Part shown: piece by piece, positions 10,162 through 17,371 of the stretch
Layout of the letters: every line of letters starts with the position of its first letter
Numbering within the stretch: position 1 is the first letter of the stretch
Program-made: the position numbers and the translations under genes
From: Candidatus Microgenomates bacterium
GTDB lineage: Bacteria; Patescibacteriota; Microgenomatia; JACQLA01
Assembly: GCA_016204255.1 (NCBI GenBank)
Contig: JACQLA010000006.1
Location: 3,038-67,037, forward strand
Direction of reading: 5' to 3'
Length of the DNA: 64,000 nt
Notes under the pieces: model-generated
What the model saw: the letters and a program-made list of their open reading frames with translations, nothing else
Told to the model about the DNA's origin: nothing
Databases searched by the model: none

Positions 10162-10773
10162 CTATTTACTTTTCTTATCCCCCTCTTTCCACATCCAGCG
10201 GATAAAGGCGATTAAGGCCACCACAACCAGAATCCAAGTTAACCAGGAAAGAATGCTCCAGATCCAAAAATTACCGCCGGCCTGACTCATCATGCCCCCT
10301 TGACCCCAACTCATCATTCCGGGACCCATCATATTTTGTTCACCTCCCTTCTGGGATAAGTTTTTCATCATCCCCATCATTCCAAAACCCATCATTCCAT
10401 CCCAACCGTTTAGGGTCGCCCCAACATCACAACCGCTCATTCGTTTACCCATTACAATGTGCATTTTTTCTAAGTTTTCTTTCCCCATCCTTTGCTCCAT
10501 CTGCTTATCCATCACCTCATGATTGGCGGTGGATCCAGCCATACGCTCCATAAAAAACTCACCTAAAGATTCAAGCTCGCCATCGCTGAGATTTTCGCAT
10601 TTCACCTGATCTGTGGAAAGTTTCTGCCAAATTTCCTGCCCCTGTACTATCTCTTCTTCACTGGCTAGTACGCTGATTGAACCAGCTGTTAAAAGGAAAA
10701 TAAAACCTAGTAAAATGAGGTTGATTAAGATCCCCTTGATTCTTAATTCATGATTCATAATTTCTGCTTTCAC
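10162..10773 (-). CDS. Met/Gly-rich membrane protein, putative Cu(I)-binding
   Basis: 203 aa. N-terminal signal/anchor, Met/His-rich helical part (HEVMDKQMEQRMG...MHIVMGKRMSGC), MMGFGMMGMMKN...MMGPGMMSWGQGGMM tract, C-terminal TM helix. 4-nt overlap with csoR. Confidence 0.6.
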   Translation of the reverse strand: MKAEIMNHELRIKGILINLILLGFIFLLTAGSISVLASEEEIVQGQEIWQKLSTDQVKCENLSDGELESLGEFFMERMAGSTANHEVMDKQMEQRMGKENLEKMHIVMGKRMSGCDVGATLNGWDGMMGFGMMGMMKNLSQKGGEQNMMGPGMMSWGQGGMMSQAGGNFWIWSILSWLTWILVVVALIAFIRWMWKEGDKKSK

Positions 10774-11042
10774 CCCCTTTTTTTATCCAAGATTGCTAGA
10801 ATTTCCCTTATTGCTTTTTCTTTGGTTTCGCCACCATCCTTAACGGCCTGGGAAAGGCAAGTATGAAGATGATTGTCAATGATAAACTGATCCGCGGATT
10901 TGAGGGCGTTTTGAACAGCCAATGATTGTTGAAGAATATCAATACAGTAGCGGTCATCCTCAAGCATTTTTTCAACGCTTTTTAAATGACCAACTGCTCG
11001 CCTTATACGGTTAATCGCTTTTTTCTTAAAAGCATCCTGCAT
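10770..11042 (-). CDS. csoR: CsoR/RcnR-family metal-sensing transcriptional repressor
   Basis: 90 aa. DRYCIDILQQSLAVQNALK ... HLHTC gives the C-H-C ligand fingerprint of copper-sensing CsoR (DUF156). Confidence 0.85.
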   Translation of the reverse strand: MQDAFKKKAINRIRRAVGHLKSVEKMLEDDRYCIDILQQSLAVQNALKSADQFIIDNHLHTCLSQAVKDGGETKEKAIREILAILDKKRG

Positions 11043-11048
11043 AAACTA

Positions 11049-11098
11049 ATCATAGAATACTTTTAAACCGATGTCAATATCCCCCCAGGGAGGATATT
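11049..11098 (-). promoter_or_regulatory. csoR promoter (TTGACA-17-TATGAT) with abutting CsoR-type operator AATATCCCCCCAGGGAGGATATT
   Basis: 23-bp palindrome at 11076-11098 (10 of 11 arm positions pair). On the minus strand the -35 is at 11077-11072 and the -10 at 11054-11049. Only 6 nt separate the -10 from the ATG at 11042. Confidence 0.6.
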
Positions 11099-11136
11099 GA
11101 GGATTCCTAAAAACTTGTTTGAAGGGATTTGGATTT

Positions 11137-12126
11137 TTAAGCGCCGCAGCTGCCGCCACCTTGTTGAACCGGCGGCAAAGATTTAATTTGAGGCCGAATC
11201 TGATTATAACCTTTAGCACTGGAATAGTTAAAACCCAAGACTTCCTGTGGATTAACTTTGTCCCAGGTCGTTCCCCTTTCAGCAAAATAAGCAGCTAATT
11301 CAACATAGGTTTGAGGGAACCAGTAAGAATTGACTGCCAGGGCATTTTTAAACATCTCTTGCTCGGTGGCTCCCTGAGCGGCCATTAGTTCCAAAAGCCC
11401 CAACATCGCCATCCCGTGATTACAATCCGGGAAATGAGTTGAATTCCCACAACAAGGTCTGTAAACCCCTTGGGAGACTTTTTCCACTAGTGCTTGCTGT
11501 TCGGGCTTCAACGTCACAAGCGGCAGGCTGCTGTAATAATCGGTGGCTTTGCCTTTAGCCAATGTCCAGCCGCCGGTTGAAGCAAAGTTTCCGACCTGTT
11601 TTGGATCACGCATCATTTCCCCCTTTTCCAAAACATCGTTTTTATTGGCCAAACCAAAAGCCCACAAAAGATCAAGAATCACTTGGGAGTTTTGTTTAGT
11701 CATTTTTAGTTTTCCGTTTCCACTGCCAGAGATAAGCTTGCGATCATCATCGCTTAAGGTTCTCCCCCCTTGAGTGAAAATCTGCTCGAATTTTGTCTGA
11801 TCGATTACACCGGCATCAATTAGTTTTTTTCCAAAATCACCCCAGACAACAGGTAGTTCCACCCCTCGCTCGGGCAAAACAATTTTTTCCAGCTGCGTTA
11901 TATCAACGTTACCGGCACCATTAGTGTTGGAGGCAGAAGGAGCAGCTGAGCCGCTCTTTTTTAAACTCTGTATTCTTGGCGAAATTTTTAAATCGATTTG
12001 AAAAAGAAAATTAGCGGCGAGAGTGGCGAGAAGAAAAAAGGCAACAATCATCCAGGGATTAATATTTTTAAGAGGGGCGGATTCGTTTGTCATTTTTAAC
12101 TCCTTTTTAAAATAAAAGTATAACAA
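11137..12126 (-). CDS. secreted/anchored Cys-rich hypothetical protein (CCGNSTHFPDCNHG motif)
   Basis: 329 aa ORF; the likely start is MTNESAP at about 12093. One N-terminal TM helix, a conserved-looking RPCCGNSTHFPDCNHGMAMLG block, and a C-terminal GGGSCGA. No family recognised. Confidence 0.5.
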   Translation of the reverse strand: MLYFYFKKELKMTNESAPLKNINPWMIVAFFLLATLAANFLFQIDLKISPRIQSLKKSGSAAPSASNTNGAGNVDITQLEKIVLPERGVELPVVWGDFGKKLIDAGVIDQTKFEQIFTQGGRTLSDDDRKLISGSGNGKLKMTKQNSQVILDLLWAFGLANKNDVLEKGEMMRDPKQVGNFASTGGWTLAKGKATDYYSSLPLVTLKPEQQALVEKVSQGVYRPCCGNSTHFPDCNHGMAMLGLLELMAAQGATEQEMFKNALAVNSYWFPQTYVELAAYFAERGTTWDKVNPQEVLGFNYSSAKGYNQIRPQIKSLPPVQQGGGSCGA

Positions 12127-12181
12127 AAATCCATATCAAATAAAATATAACAAAATTATGCCACGCCTTTGGCTTGTATAA

Positions 12182-13417
12182 TTATATAAAATAGAACAGG
12201 ATTATAACTCCTATACCAATCATTGTAAGGCCATAAATCAATCTCATCCGGGGTTCATTTTGTTCTTCAAAATTAGTCATCTTTTCGACAATAATGCGAT
12301 TTCCGGTTGCTCCCAAGATTAGAACTAAAGGCAAAATAAACATTAGATTATAAATTAGAAGATAAATAAGACCTAATGAGGCTGTTGTCTTGGCGGCCAA
12401 AAGAGTGACAATCGCAACATAAATTCCGCCCGAGCAAGGAAAAGTGCAAAGGCCAACAAAAATCCCCAAAAGAAGAGTGGTTGGCAGAGTTCCCTTATGC
12501 ATTAAATCCAAGATTTTTTGTTTCCCTGGCATGGGAATCCGTAAAGAGATGGGAAAACGGGGAAAAAAGAAATTCAACAAATTCACAAAACCCAAAACTA
12601 TTACCAATATCGCTCCTATTTTAGCCATAAGATGAGGAGTGCTGGTAAAAATAACTGCTTTCCAAATTCCCAGACCGATTAAAAGATAGGTTAAATAAAT
12701 TGCCGTGATATAAACCCCGCCGTATTTAAAAACTGAAAGCCGGGATTTTTTAAGCATAAAAATAAAGGCAATTAAAAACAGTAAAATAGCGAAGGCACAA
12801 GGGTTTAATCCATCTAAAAATCCAGAAATTAGCACGGTGGGAAGAAGAAATTGTTCCCCCGCTTTAGCAACTTGTTGACCTTGAAAATCCTTTAAAGCCT
12901 CACTTATCGGGGTGTTGATGTCATAAGTTTTTACCTCGCCACCTGTCCAAACGCGATAATTTTTAATTGTTCCGTGCATTTCATCCTGCCAGATAAGCAC
13001 CTGTCCGGTGGTCTGACTTGACAATCTTGCGGTTAAAGCATCGGTGATAATTTTATCTGGAACATGACCTGCTAAGATTACCGCCGATTTTTGATCATCT
13101 GAAGACCGTTTAATAAAAGTCATCATGTGGCCGATTATGTCCTGGGGAATTTTTTCCTGTTCAATTCTTGAGGAAAGTTCAACACGAAAATTGGGGTTGC
13201 CAATATAATCCTTAACGGCTACCTCAATACCATAATCCTTTAATGCCGGCAAAAGGGTTTTGTTTAAATAGGGACCACAGTCAGAACAGGCCTCGCTGTA
13301 AAAAATCTCTGCCGTTGTCTCCGAAGCTGTCTTTTCTTGAGCAAAAGTTGAATGAGTATTAAAAAGGGTAAAAACTGCAAGAAACAAAAGAAGCAGTTTC
13401 GTTTTTAGAAGGGACAT
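12182..13417 (-). CDS. CcdA/DsbD-family thiol-disulfide electron-transfer membrane protein with N-terminal extracytoplasmic CxxC domain
   Basis: 411 aa. Signal peptide, soluble domain with YSEACSDCGPY, then a DsbD_2-type TM core with LDGLNPCAFAILLF and FPCSGGIYVAIV. Confidence 0.75.
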   Translation of the reverse strand: MSLLKTKLLLLFLAVFTLFNTHSTFAQEKTASETTAEIFYSEACSDCGPYLNKTLLPALKDYGIEVAVKDYIGNPNFRVELSSRIEQEKIPQDIIGHMMTFIKRSSDDQKSAVILAGHVPDKIITDALTARLSSQTTGQVLIWQDEMHGTIKNYRVWTGGEVKTYDINTPISEALKDFQGQQVAKAGEQFLLPTVLISGFLDGLNPCAFAILLFLIAFIFMLKKSRLSVFKYGGVYITAIYLTYLLIGLGIWKAVIFTSTPHLMAKIGAILVIVLGFVNLLNFFFPRFPISLRIPMPGKQKILDLMHKGTLPTTLLLGIFVGLCTFPCSGGIYVAIVTLLAAKTTASLGLIYLLIYNLMFILPLVLILGATGNRIIVEKMTNFEEQNEPRMRLIYGLTMIGIGVIILFYFI

Positions 13418-13419
13418 TT

Positions 13420-13974
13420 TTACTTAATAACGTTGGCGGAAAAATTAATATCCAGATAACTGTTTTGGGGATCGGAAAAGAAAATGCGAACCACCCGCTT
13501 AGCAAAACCGACACCCGATGGGCCATGTGCATTCGGATCAAATTTAGCTGTTACAAAGGCCTCGCCATTCTTTAAGATATCGGTTTGCCAGCTTGGATTA
13601 GACGTATGACCCGGCATTCCAAAATAAGGACTCTCTTTATCCCCTACTTTGATTGAGGCCTCAGTACACATACATGAAGTTTCAACCTTCGCTACTTTTA
13701 AATCACGATCGGTTTTGTTTTTAAGGATAAAGGTTTTTGTAACTACTCCATTTTTCATGGAAACATCACCGAACTCAAAGGACTGGGGAGAAACCTCCAC
13801 ACCGGAAATCGGCTGCAGCTGGGCGTTATTTACTGCCGGCGTACTAGTCATGGAGGTAGAATTTGAACTTTGCGACACAGATTGGCTGCCGTTGAAAACA
13901 AAAATGGTAAGGCCTAAAATTACCAACAAAGCAAAGGACATTAAAAACCAAGGGTTTTTGGGAAAGTTCGACAT
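13420..13974 (-). CDS. DUF1573-domain protein, membrane anchored
   Basis: 184 aa. FEFGDVSMKNGVVTKTFILKNKTDRDLKVAKVETSCMCTEA matches the DUF1573 pattern (F.FG...N.G...L.I..v..sC.Ct). Confidence 0.65.
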   Translation of the reverse strand: MSNFPKNPWFLMSFALLVILGLTIFVFNGSQSVSQSSNSTSMTSTPAVNNAQLQPISGVEVSPQSFEFGDVSMKNGVVTKTFILKNKTDRDLKVAKVETSCMCTEASIKVGDKESPYFGMPGHTSNPSWQTDILKNGEAFVTAKFDPNAHGPSGVGFAKRVVRIFFSDPQNSYLDINFSANVIK

Positions 13975-13980
13975 ATTTTT

Positions 13981-14003
13981 GATATCCCCCCTGAGGGGAT
14001 ATT
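13981..14003 (-). promoter_or_regulatory. second CsoR-type operator GATATCCCCCCTGAGGGGATATT
   Basis: Near-perfect palindrome that shares ATATCCCCCC...GGATATT with the csoR operator. It lies between a TTGACA-17-TAAACT promoter (minus strand, about 14010-14038) and the ATG at 13974. Confidence 0.6.
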
Positions 14004-14051
14004 AGAAAGTTTATCCGCCCTGTACTTTTTTGTCAAGGACTAATCTTATTT

Positions 14052-14594
14052 TTAGATCAGCAGCATTGTCTCGACAATAAAAATAACAAAAACTGTGCCC
14101 AAATAGATTCTCTGCTCCCTATCGCTGATTTCTCTATGAATATTCCAGAAAAGTCTTTGCTTTAAAAAAGCTTTATTGCTTCTTAGATCAAACTCTTCCT
14201 TGATTAGATGCAATATCATTCCCGAAACCAAACCACTTACAAAAAGACTACCGCCGGAAGTAATAACATAAAAGCCTAAAATCATTAGCGCGATTTGAAA
14301 GAGAGCAGAATGCAAAATTGGTTGCTCCAGGCTCTGGTGACGATTAAAGGAAGAAAAAATTGCTTCCCTCCAGTTGCCGGATTTTAGTTGATCCGTAGTT
14401 ATTGTCGCATCGGGAAGATGATTATCGGAAAGAAAAGAGGAAAAGATTGGATCGAAAAACAAAACAATTAAACCAATCACTCCCCCAAAAATAAACAAGA
14501 TAAATGCCAAAGAAAAATATCGACCAGCCAGAAAAACTATTAAAGCATAAATTAAAAAGGTCAAAAGATGGCGAGTGATTTCTGCTTTATTCAC
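14052..14594 (-). CDS. hypothetical polytopic membrane protein
   Basis: 180 aa, multiple hydrophobic segments. 8-nt overlap with the upstream ZIP gene. Confidence 0.45.
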   Translation of the reverse strand: MNKAEITRHLLTFLIYALIVFLAGRYFSLAFILFIFGGVIGLIVLFFDPIFSSFLSDNHLPDATITTDQLKSGNWREAIFSSFNRHQSLEQPILHSALFQIALMILGFYVITSGGSLFVSGLVSGMILHLIKEEFDLRSNKAFLKQRLFWNIHREISDREQRIYLGTVFVIFIVETMLLI

Positions 14595-15336
14595 TTAGAG
14601 TTAATCTGGTTAAAACTGGCAATAGGGCCCCTAAAATTACAAAAAGAATGTTTAAAATCTTATAGTCTCTATGAACTTCGGGAATAAGATCTGATGCGGC
14701 CACATAAAGAAAAGATCCGGCAGAAAAGGCTAAACCTGCTCCGAGGAACGCTTCATTCACTTCTTTTATCCAAACGAGGGCAACTAAAGCTCCGAGAGGA
14801 GTAGCTAGCGCCACGATATAAGAATAAAATATCGACTGGGCTTTCGAATAACCACTGTGTAAAAGAATGGAGATCGATGATATCCCCTCGGGAACTTCAT
14901 GTAAAATTACAGAAAGCGTTGCCAAAATCCCCAAACCAAATGAAACCTCAAAACCTAAAGCAATGACTATCCCGTCAATTAGGGAATGAAGTGTAATTCC
15001 GAAAATAGCCATCGCCCCCAAGTGGTGATGAGGACTGGAATCTATCTCCTCGCACTGCCCACCCCGGCATCGATGAAGAATTAAACTGTGCTCCAAAAGA
15101 TAAAAGAAGATGAAGGTAATAAGAATTAATGGCAACGCCATCGAAGAAAGTTCTTGGGCCTCGGGGATCAAATCAAGGAAAGCAAACGAAAGTAAAACGC
15201 CAGAGGCAAAAGAAATCAAATAAATAACGTTTTTTTCTACCCACTTCTTACTCCAAACAACAAGGTAAATACCAAGTATCGTGGCCAGTCCGGCAAAAAC
15301 GCTAAAAAGTAAGGTATTAGAAAATTGAGGGCTCAT
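14587..15336 (-). CDS. zupT: ZIP-family divalent metal transporter
   Basis: 249 aa. ZIP signature HEVPEG (VILHEVPEGISS), a His-rich loop (SSPHHHLG), about 8 TM segments. Confidence 0.85.
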   Translation of the reverse strand: MSPQFSNTLLFSVFAGLATILGIYLVVWSKKWVEKNVIYLISFASGVLLSFAFLDLIPEAQELSSMALPLILITFIFFYLLEHSLILHRCRGGQCEEIDSSPHHHLGAMAIFGITLHSLIDGIVIALGFEVSFGLGILATLSVILHEVPEGISSISILLHSGYSKAQSIFYSYIVALATPLGALVALVWIKEVNEAFLGAGLAFSAGSFLYVAASDLIPEVHRDYKILNILFVILGALLPVLTRLTLSE

Positions 15337-15719
15337 TGCTTTTTATTGCGATAATCAGCGATTGCGGCACGAATAGCATCGGCTGCCAAATTTGAGCAAT
15401 GCATTTTCACCGGCGGTAATCCCCCTAAAGCCTCGGCTACATCCTGGTTGGTAACAACCTCTGCCTCTTTAAGACTTTTGCCTTTAACCATTTCTGTTGC
15501 CATAGAAGAAGTGGCCACCGCCGCTCCACAACCCAAAGTTTGAAACTTTACTTCTTCAATAACCTCTTCGCCTTTTTTACTCTTACTAATTTTAAGATAC
15601 ATTTTCATCACATCGCCGCAGACAGGATTCCCCACCTGCCCCACGCCATCAGCATCAGGAATTTCTCCCATATTTCTGGGATTTCTAAAATGGTCCATTA
15701 CTAAATCTGAGTACATCAT
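15333..15719 (-). CDS. iscU: Fe-S cluster assembly scaffold IscU/NifU-like
   Basis: 128 aa with three conserved Cys contexts: GNPVCGDVM, LGCGAAVATSS and MHCSNLA. Confidence 0.9.
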   Translation of the reverse strand: MMYSDLVMDHFRNPRNMGEIPDADGVGQVGNPVCGDVMKMYLKISKSKKGEEVIEEVKFQTLGCGAAVATSSMATEMVKGKSLKEAEVVTNQDVAEALGGLPPVKMHCSNLAADAIRAAIADYRNKKQ

Positions 15720-15733
15720 AGTTCAAATAAAAA

Positions 15734-16456
15734 TCAATCTTCAATTAATGCCGTGAGTTCTTGGGCATTTTTTACGGCATATCCATAAACATCATTGTTA
15801 AAAAAACCATAAACGTCGATTTTTTTATGCCAACTATTTATTTTTTCGGCCAAACTTCTAAGAACTCTTTTATTATAACATGAGCCGTATAAGCTGTCGC
15901 GGCCATGAAAACGTAAATAAGTGAAGTCGGCAGTTATTTCTTCAGTTGATGGCCATCGAGAAGAATCTTGAATAACCAAAGCACAATTGTGCTTTTTTAA
16001 AAGTGTGTAAACTTTATCATTAAACCAAGATCTGTCCCGAAATTCAAACGCGCATCGAGCCTTAGGTAGAATGTCTAAAAACTCCGCCAGTCTCTGTTCA
16101 TTAAAACCCCATTGTGGCGGTAACTGCCATAAAATTGGACCCAATTTCGCGCCCAAACCGGAGGCTTGACTAAAAAATCGCTCAATTGGTTCCCGACAAT
16201 CTTTTAGTCTTTTAATATGAGTAATAAATCTTGAGCCTTTAACCGCAAAAATAAAGTTTTCAGGCGTTATTTTAACCCAATTTTGGTAAGTCTTTTTAAG
16301 TATTTGGTGATAAAAAGAGGCATTTATTTCGACTATTGGAAACCGTTGAGCATAAAATTTTAGCCAATCTCTCTGCGGCAGATTCTGAGGATAAAAAACT
16401 TCCCGCCAATGTTGATAGGTAAAACCTGAGGTACCAATTAATATTTTACCGGCCAT
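15734..16456 (-). CDS. DUF72 (YecE-like) family protein
   Basis: 240 aa. IGTSGFTYQHWREVFYP at the N-terminus and FEFRDRSW are typical of DUF72. Confidence 0.8.
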   Translation of the reverse strand: MAGKILIGTSGFTYQHWREVFYPQNLPQRDWLKFYAQRFPIVEINASFYHQILKKTYQNWVKITPENFIFAVKGSRFITHIKRLKDCREPIERFFSQASGLGAKLGPILWQLPPQWGFNEQRLAEFLDILPKARCAFEFRDRSWFNDKVYTLLKKHNCALVIQDSSRWPSTEEITADFTYLRFHGRDSLYGSCYNKRVLRSLAEKINSWHKKIDVYGFFNNDVYGYAVKNAQELTALIED

Positions 16457-16463
16457 TTGGTTG

Positions 16464-16742
16464 CTAAATTATCTCAAAAGTTTTAAATTCACCCGTGGCC
16501 TCTTCCCAGATAATACTGACGTGATTCACCACCGCCCCCTCTGGTCCTTTAGAACAAGACTTAAGTATTTCTTCGAGCTTATCTTTTGGTCCCTCAAAAA
16601 TCGCTTCCACCCGCCCATCGGCAAGATTTTTCACCCATCCCGTTAATAATTCGCCTTCAGCTTTATGCTGAATCCAACCCCGGAAAGAAACACCCTGAAC
16701 CCTTCCGGAAATATAGACATGTAACCGCCGAATATCGATCAC
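16464..16742 (-). CDS. acyP: acylphosphatase
   Basis: 92 aa with acylphosphatase signatures VYISGRVQGVSFRGW and GWVKNLADGRVE. Confidence 0.85.
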   Translation of the reverse strand: MIDIRRLHVYISGRVQGVSFRGWIQHKAEGELLTGWVKNLADGRVEAIFEGPKDKLEEILKSCSKGPEGAVVNHVSIIWEEATGEFKTFEII

Positions 16743-17371
16743 CCTCCTTCGTTTATCGCCCTATTGAAAGCTTTTGTGTAAAAATATCTAACAAGAAGAA
16801 TAAGTAAAAGAATAATAAAGGGATAAGTTAGGAAGGGGTGTTCACGAAAGAGAAATTTAAACATGATGACAAAATTTTTTCCTAAAAAGCTCCCTAAATA
16901 AAAATAGATTGAAACCCAGATAACTGTGGCAATTACAGTATAAAAAATAAACACGTGGTAGGAAATTGCAAAAAAACCCGCTACAAGCGAAATAACAATT
17001 CTCAGCCCAGGAGTTAATCTGCCAACAACAATAACTATCCCCCCGCGCCGTTGAAACCACCCTTCAACTTTTTTCAATCTCTCCTGAGAGATATGAAGGA
17101 ACTTTAGGTGCTTTAAAACTAACTTCCTTCCCAACCTCCGGGCAATCCAATAAAGAACGGAGGAACCTACTATCGTCGCTACCAGCACAACGCCCAAGAC
17201 GCGCAAAAAATTTCCTCCGCCGCCATGCGAACGCCAGCCGGCATTCATGATAAAAATATCGCCTGGCGCGGGCAAAGGAACCCCTGCTTCTTCCAGTAAA
17301 ATAAGGATAAATAAACTTGTTAATTCAAATCGATTGATCAACTCCCAAATTTTTAAGACTGGGTCAATCAT
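16739..17371 (-). CDS. DedA-family (SNARE-associated) membrane protein
   Basis: 210 aa. EEAGVPLPAPGD and VGRLTPGLR motifs with DedA topology. Confidence 0.8.
   Translation of the reverse strand: MIDPVLKIWELINRFELTSLFILILLEEAGVPLPAPGDIFIMNAGWRSHGGGGNFLRVLGVVLVATIVGSSVLYWIARRLGRKLVLKHLKFLHISQERLKKVEGWFQRRGGIVIVVGRLTPGLRIVISLVAGFFAISYHVFIFYTVIATVIWVSIYFYLGSFLGKNFVIMFKFLFREHPFLTYPFIILLLILLVRYFYTKAFNRAINEGG

Noticed and set aside
11046-11285. 79-aa ORF overlapping the csoR promoter region and the 3' end of the Cys-rich protein gene
   Set aside because: It overlaps the better-supported 11137-12126 gene in another frame and spans the operator/promoter. No SD.
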